64,000 nucleotides of DNA. It comes from the human T2T-CHM13v2.0 reference genome, Homo sapiens. Below are positions 1-13,733 of the stretch, in pieces. A program made the translations under genes and the position numbers. Within the stretch, counting starts at the first letter, position 1. Every line of letters starts with the position of its first letter. The stretch lies in assembly GCF_009914755.1 (NCBI RefSeq), contig NC_060928.1. One strand, given 5' to 3'. The notes under the pieces were generated by a model that had not been told where the DNA came from, ran no database searches, and worked only from the letters and a program-made list of their open reading frames with translations.

Positions 1-238
1 GGAAGGCACTGTTCACCAAAATGCTTATCTGGGTCCCCCAGAGAGCTTGCCTGCCTGGACTGTCGGCTCGCCTGCAACTGCTGACTCCTAAGCTTTTGCA
101 GCTCAGCCCACAACCAGTTCCTATTCACAGAGGTGGGAGCTGAGGGGTGACAAGTGACTGCTGCAGTCTTATTTGTCATAGAGAAAAAGTGACAGAGTCC
201 AGCTTGCCCACTGGCCCTGCCAGCTTAACTGGTTATAA

Positions 239-559
<321 letters not shown>

Positions 560-1077
560 TGACACACCCAGGAGAAAAGCTCAGTGCACTTTTTAAATGA
601 AAGGAAGTTTTCCTTTTTTTTAAAAAAAAATTTAATGTTCATTGTTTTTATCTGTTTTATTCCTAGGTCCCGCAAGCAGAGGAAGCATTAGTTTTGTTTT
701 TATTTATGTTCTGTATTCCAGAAAGTAGTTAAGAGACCTCACATGTAGCGATAGAGATGTGTGTAAGAGACAGTGAGAGGGCGTGACTTGGACTTAAGCA
801 AGGACCGTGAGACACAAAAAGGGGGGTGAGGACAGAGTGGAGTCAGCTGAAATGCTCAGGAGGAAGTAGACGCCATGAAGGGCCATGGTATGGGGGGCCG
901 CAGGCGTGGCCGTGAGTGTCCCTGGGGCCAGCTCTTGGGGGGCTCCCTGAGTGTCCCTGTCCCTGTGGCCAGTTCTGGGTGGGAGCCCCGTGTGCAGGCA
1001 GACAGCTCGGCCACTTCCTAGCAGGTCACATTGGTCTGTGCTTCTGTTTCCTCCTCAGATAAGTGAAGGGATTCAAG

Positions 1078-1238
1078 GGTCTGGGTGTGGTGGCTAACAC
1101 CTGTAATCTATAACATTTTAGGAGGCTGAGGCAGGAGGCTTACCTGAGCTCAGGAGGTTGAGGCTGCAGTGAGCCATGATTGCACCACTGCACTCCAGCC
1201 TGGGCAACAGACCAGTACTCTGTCCCTTAAAAAAAAAT
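1078..1238 (+). mobile_element. Free Alu monomer (FLAM/FRAM-like)
   Basis: GGTCTGGGTGTGGTGGCTAACACCTGTAATC...CACTCCAGCCTGGGCAACAG plus A-tail; about 160 bp. Confidence 0.85.
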
Positions 1239-1948
1239 GTAAACAGAAACGTAGGGCCATTTGCATATGATGGCACATGGCGTGGAGCCCTACAGGTGTA
1301 TGCTGGGCGGGGCCCGGCTGTGCTGGCCGACTTGCACCTTTCCCTCCACCCCGGTGCTGTGTCTTTCGCTCACCGGGTTCCTGATTTAGTGAAAGCAGTT
1401 GTGCAGGACAGTTCTCTTTGTAGCTTTTGTTTCTGTGGAAATGGGTCAGAATATGGTGTTTAGAAACACTTATGAGCTCTGAGAGTTTCCTCTTCTGAGT
1501 TCCTGGCCTGCAGCCTTCACAGCAGAAACCCTGTGATGTCACAAGCCTGTTTCTGTTCCCTGCTCTCTGCCTGTACTGTCCTGTTTTGTGCCTGCCGGTT
1601 TCAGTGACAGGAAGCAGGGAGCTACTGGACCAGCCTGTATTTTTCTAGACATAGTTGGAAAAAGAAGTCCCACTCTTCTGTCCTTTCACCTTTGACAGAT
1701 GTTTCCACCCCAAGATAAGTGAAAATGACCAATAGGATGCACTGTATTTTTCATGAAAGTGTTTCTGAAGGGCAGGCTGAGAGTGAGAGGCCTGGGGCTC
1801 ACTGGGTGCCTCTGGCCTTGTCCTGGGCCCAGGGACACTGGTCTGTGCCCGAGGTATTCCCTATCCCCCCAACCCCGCTGCATTTGGCCACATCCTTCAA
1901 TGTTTGCGTTGTGTCCAGCGTCCGCAAACCAACTGTCATGGGATCATA

Positions 1949-2599
1949 CTGGGGCTGAAGTACGGTCCCACCCCTGCCCTGTCTGGGGCTGAAGTACAGT
2001 GCCACCCCTGCCCTGTCTGGGGCTGAAGGACAGTGCCACCCCTGCCCTGTCTGGGGCTGAAGTACAGTGCCACCCCTGCCCTGTCTGGGGCTGAAGGACA
2101 GTGCCACCCCTTCCCTGTCTGGGGCTGAAGGACAGTGCCACCCCTGCCCTGTCTGGGGCTGAAGGACAGTGCCACCCCTGCCCTGTCTGGGGCTGAAGGA
2201 CAGTGCCACCCCTGCCCTGTCTGGGGCTGAAGGACAGTGCCACCCCTGCCCTGTCTGGGGCTGAAGGACAGTGCCACCCCTGCCCTGTCTGGGGCTGAAG
2301 GACAGTGCCACCCCTGCCCTGTCTGGGGCTGAAGGACAGTGCCACCCCTGCCCTGTCTGGGGCTGAAGGACAGTGCCACCCCTGCCCTGTCTGGGGCTGA
2401 AGGACAGTGCCACCCCTGCCCTGTCTGGGGCTGAAGGACAGTGCCACCCCTGCCCTGTCTGGGGCTGAAGGACAGTGCCACCCCTGCCCTGTCTGGGGCT
2501 GAAGGACAGTGCCACCCCTGCCCTGTCTGGGGCTGAAGGACAGTGCCACCCCTGCCCTGTCTGGGGCTGAAGGACAGTGCCACCCCTGCCCTGTCTGGG
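1949..2599. repeat. 34-bp minisatellite (VNTR), 19 full copies plus a partial, in HTT intron 57
   Basis: Unit CTGGGGCTGAAGGACAGTGCCACCCCTGCCCTGT; 1949-2594 = 646 bp = 19 x 34; variant units cluster at the 5' end. Confidence 0.97.
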
Positions 2600-3292
2600 A
2601 TGTTTAGCCCCTAGATGCCACTGGACTGAGCCGCTACTTGCTTTTGGGAAAGAGGGGTGGGGGTTAGGGGTCTGGGCGAGGGGAGTGCAGGGGCTCCTCC
2701 TTGGCCTGAGAGCTGTTCATACAGACTCCTCGCCCACTCCCTGCAGGGTGCTGGGTCCCAGGGGGGAAATGGCCCTTGGTGCCAAGAACGTGAGTTGGGG
2801 CTAGTGCCAGTGATGATGGAGAACAGCTTTTTATGGGCACACAGCCCACAGCACTGTGCCAAGTGCTCGAGGCTTCCCGAGAACCAGGCAGAAAGGAGGA
2901 CAGTCGAGGTGTGCTGACTGCGTGGTGGCTGCGTGATCTAGAGCGCGGGTCACAAAGGCGCGAGGGAGCTCTGGCCTTGGGTTTACCGCAATGACTGCCA
3001 GTGCGGGAGACTGGAAAAGGAATCTCACGTATTGGTTCCGTGTTTTGGGGACTCCATTCAGATGTCACTTAGGAGTGAAAGCATCCCTTCGTAGAGCCTC
3101 TTTCTGTGTCACCCTCCTCAGCTGCTCCTGGGGTTGACTGGCCCCTGATTCATGCCTTTAGCATGTGCTGGAGCTTCCCAGCAGCTGTCCAGCCCCTGCC
3201 CCACCCTCTCTGTGGGCTCCCTTGCCCGTAACCTGGGGTGTCTGAACGACCCTTGCTAAGGGGCAGACTGTTAGACGGTAGGCATGTGCTGA

Positions 3293-4545
<1,253 letters not shown>

Positions 4546-4642
4546 TAAGAACACGACTTGCCAGTAGTAGCGTTCTGGATGCGTTGCCTGGATTCTAACA
4601 GCGCGATTCTCCCCTTGCCCTCCTGGTTTTCCACATCTCCAG

Positions 4643-4798
4643 CTTCTAGTGGTCTCAGACTTGTTCACCGAGCGCAACCAGTTTGAGCTGATGTATGTGA
4701 CGCTGACAGAACTGCGAAGGGTGCACCCTTCAGAAGACGAGATCCTCGCTCAGTACCTGGTGCCTGCCACCTGCAAGGCAGCTGCCGTCCTTGGGATG
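4643..4798 (+). CDS. HTT: Huntingtin exon 60
   Basis: ctccag|CTTCTA...GGGATG|gtaagt; [52 protein letters not shown]. Confidence 0.96.
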
Positions 4799-5311
4799 GT
4801 AAGTGACAGGTGGCACAGAGGTTTCTGTGCTGAAGCCACGGGGGCCCATCTGCCTTGGGACCTGGTGTTGGCCAGAGGTGCCGGGTGCGGCTGCCTCCTT
4901 CCAAGAGTTGACCCGAACCGGACTCCACGGCCCACGTGAGCTGCAGTGCTTCTCAGATGGAGGGGGTTCAGCGACGGTCAGTGCCATTCACAGGTCACTG
5001 TGATGTGGGTTGTGGCGGCCAAGCCATGGTTTGGGGTCCCGTATCCCTGGGCTTATGACATCATTGTAGTAGCCCATCCCCACAGAACCACGGTGTGTGG
5101 TGGCGCTGAGGCATCGTAGATGGTGGAAATGCTACTGGCTTCCCCATGCTCTGCCCTGAGGCCTGACTGCCTCACTCCCCTTCTCAGTTATGTTCCAGGC
5201 CCCCCGAGCTTCCTGGCTGGACAGCTTCTCTCCTGGGGGCCGTTTTGTCACAGTGACCCTGTGTTTCTAGTCCCAAATCTGGGTGCTATAGTCTCTTTTT
5301 AGCGTGGTGGT

Positions 5312-5668
5312 TGTCTTAGTCTTTTTTGGCTGCTACCACAAGTTACCTTAGACTGGGTAATTTATAAACAGTGGAAATTTACTTCTCACCGTTCTGGGGG
5401 CTGGAAGTTTTCATGGTCAAGGTGCCAGCAGATTTGGTGTGTGATGAGGGCTGCTCTCTGCTTCATAGATGGCATCTTCTGGCTGGGTCCTCACGGTGGA
5501 AGGAGTGAACAAGCTCCCTCAGGCCTTTTAGAAGGGCCCCAATCCACAAGGGCTCTCCCATCATGACCTCATCACCTCCCAAGGCCCCACCTTCTTGTAC
5601 TGTGGCACTGCAAATTAGGTGTCAGTGTAGGAGTTTCAGGAGGGATAGAAACATTCAGACCATCCCAG
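5312..5668 (-). mobile_element. MaLR solo LTR (MLT1A-like)
   Basis: Plus strand begins TGTCTTAGTC...GCTGCTACCACAAGTTACCTTAGACTGGGTAATTTATAAAC...GGCTGGAAG...TCAAGGTGCCAGCAGATTTGG, typical of a reversed MLT1 LTR. Confidence 0.8.
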
Positions 5669-7918
5669 CGGTCAAGTGTTCATCCTCTTGAGTTCCTCCT
5701 TATTCTGCTTCTGGTTTATCAGGATTCAGCCAGTGCAGCATGGTACCTGTATTCTGTGGCACATCACCACATGGTATTTGCCAAGTATCCATCACCTGCA
5801 CACGTGAAATCATTGCCCGTGGGTCCCGACATCTGGCGAAGCATATTCAAGGATGGCAGAACTGTCAGAGCTGGCACCTCTGGTTCCTTGTCATGTGGCA
5901 TTACCTAGTAATCCATTTTATGATAGCAATGGAAACTCATTTCTTCAACAAACACCTGAGTGGCTGCCGTGTGCCAGCCGTCTGGGGCCCTTGGTGAGAA
6001 TGGCATGGTGGTGCCCATCAGGGCCTGCCTAGCCCGTGCTCTGGACGGGCTCCTGTGTGTCAGGAACGACAATGCTGTCATGACGGTGAATGATTTTTTT
6101 TTTTGCCATCACTCCAGCCGCTAACATTTGCGGAGCTCTTCCTCCCGCACCCCCACCTGACAAGGCCAAGGGTGACCTTGGCCCCACCCTAGGCGGCCAA
6201 GGTCAGAGGTTAGCTGGCTTGTCTGGGTCACACAAAATGCAGCAGAGGTTGAGGTGAGCACATGTCCGTGACCTGGAGCCTGACTCCCTCTCTGCGAGTC
6301 TTGACTGCTCTTGCCTAGACTCTGTCCTCCCCGAGCCCAAACGCCAGTCATCTTCCCTTGTGGGTGTCCTTCAGCCTGGTGCCATGCTGGTGACTCAGCA
6401 GCCGTCCAGGGAGTGGAAACAATTGAGTGTGTGGGTTCCCTGTGTGGGCATCTCTCTTCACGGCGAACACCCTCTGGGTGTTGCCCACACGATGTCAAAG
6501 CGGCTCTTGGAAGGGGTCCTTCTCCTTTGTGGGAAGTTTCAGCTGCTGGGCTAACTTGAATTGTAACTGTGGTTTTGTGCTCAGGCCCAGATCCCCCTAG
6601 GCAAGTGTTGTGCCATCAGTAATCAAATGAGAAATAATCATTTTGAAAAGCAGATCCTAAGGCAGGATGGTCATGGACACTCACTCCCAGCTCTTTGTGC
6701 ACTCATGCTTTCTGGAAGATGGCCATCCTCTGTGAAGGTTTTCAGCGCGTCATGCTTGGTACCCACGTATCCAGAGCATGTCGTTTTGAGGTATTTGCCC
6801 ACCGTTGTGAAATCCGTGCCACCCGAGAGCAGGTCCTGATGTGGGGCTTTCAGAAGTGGGACCTGGGGCCGTGCGCAGTCCTTAGGGAGGGGCCGTGTGG
6901 CGTTGTGCGTGTGAGGGGATAGCACAGGGTGAGGTGGGGGCCCAAGAAGGAAGTGACCCACAAAGAACAGCCTCCTCTTTTGGTCCTTGTTCCTGGGATG
7001 GCTGGGAGTGGCTTCTGTGTCGTCCGGCCATTTCCCCTGCGGAGAGGCTCCTACCACTGCCGAGAACCTCATCATTCCACAAAAACAAGAGGCCGCCTGG
7101 CCATCCAGCGCTCCATGGGAATTCTGTGTCCCCATAGTCTTGGGCTGAAGGAGGGTGACATTCCTTGCTGACTTCTGCAGGGGTCTCCTCACTGTTAAAG
7201 AGCAGATTGAAAGTGAAGAACGTGGGCTAAGTGTTTAGGTCGATATTTAACCCTGCTAGGTTTTGGATACTAAGTGAAATTGAGGCCATTTTGGTTGAAG
7301 TTGACAGAAACCACTATCAGGGATCCCCAAGACTACCCCAGGCTTTTCTAGAAAGACTCTCAGCTAAGATGTGTTATGGTAAAAGCACACAAAACAAAAT
7401 CAGCAAAGAAAATTAGCAAGGGCAGAGGCCCATGGGGCGATGTCCCGAGGACACCAGGCTTGAGCTTCCAGAATCCTCTCCCAGCGGGGTCGTGCAGGAC
7501 GCACTTAACTCCCCGCACAGTGAGCCGTGACAGCGCGTGTGCAGTGTCGTCGCCAGGAAAGCACACTAGAGACTCGGTGCCAGGGTTTTTACTGGGGGCT
7601 GGGCACATGGGCACCCTCTGCCTGCCTCGTGCCCAGACTCTGGACTCCCGGAGGGAAGGCAAGTTCTCAGCACCAACCCTGGTGCCCACACAAGCAGCTG
7701 AGCACAGGGAGCCCCTCCTCAGTGAGGATGGTGGGCACCGTCCCAACACCAGCCAGGGGCCAGCCTTGCACACAGGCCTCTCAGGATGGTCTCCGGCCTG
7801 CTGTGTAGTCTCTTCTGCACACAAGCGTGAGGGCAGCGCCCCCGCCTCGGCTGTGGGGAGGAGCCACTGGGACGTGAGCTCTGGTGGCATGCAGCAGCTT
7901 TTGTCTGTGTGTGCCTAG

Positions 7919-8110
<192 letters not shown>

Positions 8111-10038
8111 TGAGTGGGAGCCTGGCTGGGGCTGGGGCGGGGGTCTCAGAATGAGCTGTGAAGGAAGCAGCATCACCCTCTCCAAGTGCCCAGGCTCCTG
8201 GCCAGATGGCAGGCAGGTATCAGTGGGAACCCAGGTGGGTGCCATGGCTGAGGTCAGTGAGACGCAAGAGCACAGGTGCGTCCTAGAGGCTTCCTCGGGC
8301 ACCTCCAGCGAGCTGGAGCTCTCGCCTCTGCTGCTGTCTCATGTGGCGCTTAGCACACTCTCCCACGTGCCCATTCCTGACTCTGCTCTCGAGGCCATCG
8401 GCTCTCATTCTCTGCTCCCAGAACCCTGTTATTACCCAGGCTAGCCTCCTCTCTGCACCTTCCCCGCCCTGGCCCAGTACCTCCCTCTTGTTTCCACTGT
8501 GATTCCGACCTCACCTTATCTTAAAGCTGCTGGACGGCAGGTTCTGTACACACGTGTCCTTGACAAAGCACGGCTGGTGCCGCAACCCCTCAGCGAGCAA
8601 GTCAAGCTCTTCACAGTGATGTCTTACAAGCGCAGAGGGCTCTGTGACACCCTGGTCTCACCGCCACTCTTCCAAAGTCGCAGAGGCTTTAGCAGAGATG
8701 GGCCCAGCCTCTCTGAGTCATAGGCTTCTGCACACGGGAGCTGTCTTTAGAGGGAGGGTGGAATTTCATCAGCCACCCACATGGGGGAGTTGAGGGCAAG
8801 AATTAGGAGCAAAGATGGGAAGGGGTCTGGGAGGAATGGCCAGTGATCCCCTTTGACAAGTGGGCAGGAAACGGGGGCTAGGTCAAAGTTGAGTGGAAGA
8901 CCTGGAGGGAGACGGGAAGGTCTCTGTAGGCACAGTTCAGACAGGAGGGAGGTGTGAGCCAGGGCACATGCCGGTGGCCGTCTGGCAGGATTTGGGACAT
9001 GCTGGAGCAGGGACAGCGGCTCATCAGGGGCCATTGCCCTCATCCAGGCCAGAGTGTCACAAGCCCGTGGGGAGGCCCTTCTCGCCTGTCATCCTTGCTG
9101 GGCAGTGGGTGCTGTGCTAGCAGGACAGGCGGACGGCTGGCAACTGTCTCTGCATCCCTGGAGCCTGGCATAGGGCCAAGTCACACGGGGCACAGGCCTG
9201 CAAATCAGGCACATATGTTGGTGCAGTGACGTGATTTTGGGGGGCAGCCCCAGAACAGGCCCCAGACACAGGCCAAAGCCCTGCCTGTGCTGGTGTGTTG
9301 GGCTGTTCTATGGCTCTTGCTGTGGGCATGGAGGACTCAGGGAAGGAGAGTTGAGGTGGTCCAGGAGTTGCGTTTGGGATGCAGAGAGCTTGTGGCATCC
9401 AGGTAGAAATGGTGCGTGGGGCTGACCTCAGCACCATGGGCAGAGGGGCCGTGTCACGTGCCTCCGAGGTGGAGGTGGGACCACGTGGTGACAGATATAC
9501 GCATCACTGGGCACGTTTTTGTGGGTGTTGGGGGGCATCGTATTGGCTCCTCTGTTCACAGTGGCCACTCATTCAGTCCCTGGCTACCAGGTCCTCACTG
9601 TGCCATGGGGAAGGCCGGCGCTGTCGGGGGATCACAGAAGGCAGCACGTCATGATGGCATGTGCCATGAAGGAAAAGCACAGGGCACTCAGGAAGTAGAG
9701 GGGACTGGCCTGGGGTGTGGGAATCTAGGGCCTCGTTGAGGGACAGAGAGAGGAAGTGTGTGGTGGCCAGCATGGAGGTGGCCACAGGGGAGGCTGAGTT
9801 AGGCCGAGAGGGCAGGGCGTTGGGGAGGTAGACGGGCTCAGCCACTCAGGGAGTGGTCAAGCAGAGGCTGAAGGGTCAGGCCAGGTTGCAGGGGCCTGGG
9901 GGAGCCACGCGGGGTAGGCGCTCCCGGGAGCCCGCCTGGCCCATAGCTCTACACTCCCGCGTGGGGCCGGACATGCTGTGAAGCCCTCTCCACGTTGGAT
10001 GGGGGTGGCTGAGCCTGGATGCTGTCTCCCGTTTTCAG

Positions 10039-10153
10039 CTGCGTGAACATTCACAGCCAGCAGCACGTACTGGTCATGTGTGCCACTGCGTTTTACCTCA
10101 TTGAGAACTATCCTCTGGACGTAGGGCCGGAATTTTCAGCATCAATAATACAG
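10039..10153 (+). CDS. HTT: Huntingtin exon 62
   Basis: tttcag|CTGCGTG...ATACAG|gtgagt; [38 protein letters not shown]. Confidence 0.96.
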
Positions 10154-10319
10154 GTGAGTGGGCCCTGGCTGTCTTCCTCTGCACACGGGGAGTGGGCTTC
10201 CCTTCTCTTTTCCTTGCAGGATCATACCAGTGGGCCAGTTTTGACTTGGTCGGGAGGAGGCATGAACACCTGAGACTGTGCAGCGATTCTTTGACACAGA
10301 GGCCTTTCTCCCTGTGCAG

Positions 10320-10533
10320 ATGTGTGGGGTGATGCTGTCTGGAAGTGAGGAGTCCACCCCCTCCATCATTTACCACTGTGCCCTCAGAGGCCTGGAGCGC
10401 CTCCTGCTCTCTGAGCAGCTCTCCCGCCTGGATGCAGAATCGCTGGTCAAGCTGAGTGTGGACAGAGTGAACGTGCACAGCCCGCACCGGGCCATGGCGG
10501 CTCTGGGCCTGATGCTCACCTGCATGTACACAG
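10320..10533 (+). CDS. HTT: Huntingtin exon 63
   Basis: gtgcag|ATGTGT...TACACAG|gtgagc; [33 protein letters not shown]...LMLTCMYT. Confidence 0.96.
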
Positions 10534-10903
10534 GTGAGCATGTACACGGTGCCCATAAGGCCAGCCCAAGTCCTGTTCAAGGGAGGCAGGAGCATGCTCA
10601 CTCAAGGGACCTCGACTAGGTGCCCTCTGATTTCACACTTCTGGTGTTGCCCCAAGCCGGCCCCATCACCTCGCAAGAAAGGCTCTGGAGCCCCCAGGGC
10701 TGGAGTACCTGGTCAGGGTTGACCGTCCCTGTGGTCACTCATCCCATGTGGCTGAGCTGGGCTGGGTCCTGGGCAAGCAAGGGGCTGATATCACCTGCTT
10801 TCAGATCTCCAGGGACTCACTGGACCCCTGTGTACAAAGCACTGTCTACAGAGCCTATTGGGTTGTATAGAGGTAACCTTCGTACTGAACACTTTTGTTA
10901 CAG

Positions 10904-11009
10904 GAAAGGAGAAAGTCAGTCCGGGTAGAACTTCAGACCCTAATCCTGCAGCCCCCGACAGCGAGTCAGTGATTGTTGCTATGGAGCGGGTATCTGTTCT
11001 TTTTGATAG
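10904..11009 (+). CDS. HTT: Huntingtin exon 64
   Basis: ttacag|GAAAGG...TTTGATAG|gtaaga; [34 protein letters not shown](R). Confidence 0.95.
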
Positions 11010-11823
11010 GTAAGAAGCGAAGCCCCATCCCTCAGCCGTTAGCTTCCCTAGAACTTTGGCCTGAAGCTGTGCTTTTGTGTGTGTCTGCTGATCCCCTGGC
11101 GCTGTTGCTGGAGTCCTGCCAGTGATTCCCCACCACAGCCTGACCATGGGCTGCCTTGGCTCAGGGTTCCACTGGCGAGCTGGTGGTCCTTGGACCCCAG
11201 CACTCAGGTGTAGCGTTGACCAGTTCCAAGGTTGTCCCAGTGCCTGCCCATCTCTCCTGAGGGCTCAGGGACAGTACCTGGCAGTTGGGGGTGTGGCAGG
11301 GGGCAGGAATGACCAGCCTCTGGGAGGGTGGGGCAGAAGCCTGTACAGTGAGGAGGAGCTGGCTCAGCCTGGCTGCCTATCGTGAGAGGGGAGCCCACGG
11401 GGCTGTGGGAGGGGGGCCGTGGTGCCTGTGAGCAGGGTGAGGAGCAGCGGCAGGAGGATGAAGGTGGAACCCACACATGCATCTTTGAGACCCGTGTGGT
11501 CAGTGGCTTCTGCCCCCCACCACCCCCCACTGCTGTGCGTGCATAGAATTGGCTTCCCTCACCTGCTCTGGAAGTGGGTTAGGAGCTTGGTAGGGCTTTT
11601 TCTCAAGGACAAGGGCCCCTGATTTGCTCTCAGGCCTCAGTCCTGGCGACATGGTGGATCTGGAGCCTTGTTGCACTGCCTTGCCTGTGCTCTCCAATCA
11701 GGGTGGCCAGTGGGGAGCCATTTGGCTTTTCTCAAGAGCATACTCAGGTGGACCTTGCTCCACTGTTTGACCAGATGAGGCATTCTGAACAGCCAAGCCT
11801 GTGCTGGTCTGTTTTCATGTTGA

Positions 11824-12435
<612 letters not shown>

Positions 12436-12821
12436 TAGAGCCAGGAGCACCTGTGAGGAAGTGCACTGCCATTTTCGTAGCTGCTTCCCGTGTGTCTCAG
12501 TTACACACGGCTGGCATGTGTGCACTGATGAGACGGGAACGTGATGGTTGCTTTTCAGCACTGAAAGGGATACTGCTCAGGGGGCGTGTTTCAGGATCTG
12601 GTTAGGGAAGAAGCAGCGAGAGCACAGATGGGGCCCTGTGTGGTAACAAGAAAAAAGTCCTGGTTGACAACAGTGCCACGAAGCGTTAGAACACATAGGG
12701 ATGTTTGTGGAGCATTTGCATGTGGAAAGCAGCAAAAACATAATGGGAACGGGTTCTTTTGTTATGATTTTTAAAAATCTCTTTTGTAACATCCTTCCCG
12801 CTGCGCCGTTTCTGCATATTC

Positions 12822-12945
12822 CTTTATGTAGCTTTCAAACTCCTCTTAGGAGTTCTGGTCCCTACAGGGCGTGGGAGCCCAGGCTTTACGTAGCTTTCAA
12901 ACTCCTCTTAGGAGTTCTGGTCCCTACAGGGTGTGGGAGCCCAGG
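12822..12945. repeat. 62-bp tandem duplication (2 copies)
   Basis: CTTTAYGTAGCTTTCAAACTCCTCTTAGGAGTTCTGGTCCCTACAGGGYGTGGGAGCCCAGG at 12822 and 12884. Confidence 0.93.
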
Positions 12946-13201
12946 GCCTGTGCCGAGCAGCCTGCCTCCACGAGCTAGACAGAGGAAGGGCTGGGGTTTT
13001 GCCTTTTTAGTCTCAAAATTCGTACTCCAGTTGCTTAGGCTCTGACTTTCCCCACTTGGAAAGTCCCTCACGGCCGAGGGTCCCTCCCAGCCCTGATTTC
13101 ACATCGGCATTTTCCCCAGTATTAGAGCCAAGGCCCTCCGCGGGCAGGTGGGGCAGCTGTGGGAGCTGGTGCCAGTCTCTGACCTGCGTCCCTCCTCCCA
13201 G

Positions 13202-13364
13202 GATCAGGAAAGGCTTTCCTTGTGAAGCCAGAGTGGTGGCCAGGATCCTGCCCCAGTTTCTAGACGACTTCTTCCCACCCCAGGACATCATGAACAAAGT
13301 CATCGGAGAGTTTCTGTCCAACCAGCAGCCATACCCCCAGTTCATGGCCACCGTGGTGTATAAG
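13202..13364 (+). CDS. HTT: Huntingtin exon 65
   Basis: tcccag|GATCAGG...TATAAG|gtgagg; [54 protein letters not shown]. Confidence 0.96.
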
Positions 13365-13572
13365 GTGAGGTTGCATGTGGGATGGGGATGGAGTGGGAAA
13401 GCCTGGAGGTGGAGTTGCCTCCGACTTCCCAGCAGATTCGCCAGCAGAGCCCAGCTCCTCCGCTTTAAAGCAGCAATGCCTCTGGCCCCCACCCCACCCC
13501 CGCCACCCAGGCGCAGCAGGTGCTTCCCGTCCCCCCAGCCCTGACACTCAGGCGCCTGCTTGCTCCTTGCAG

Positions 13573-13733
13573 GTGTTTCAGACTCTGCACAGCACCGGGC
13601 AGTCGTCCATGGTCCGGGACTGGGTCATGCTGTCCCTCTCCAACTTCACGCAGAGGGCCCCGGTCGCCATGGCCACGTGGAGCCTCTCCTGCTTCTTTGT
13701 CAGCGCGTCCACCAGCCCGTGGGTCGCGGCGAT
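13573..13733 (+). CDS. HTT: Huntingtin exon 66
   Basis: ttgcag|GTGTTT...GCGAT|gtatcc; [53 protein letters not shown](I). Confidence 0.95.

Noticed and set aside
1799-2583. Three 200-240 aa minus-strand ORFs with repeating MALSFSPRQGRGG...
   Set aside because: Translations of the 34-bp VNTR, which has no stop on that strand; no coding evidence
1949-2599. Regular 34-bp repeat resembling a CRISPR array
   Set aside because: Head-to-tail units with no unique spacers, in a human intron with no cas genes
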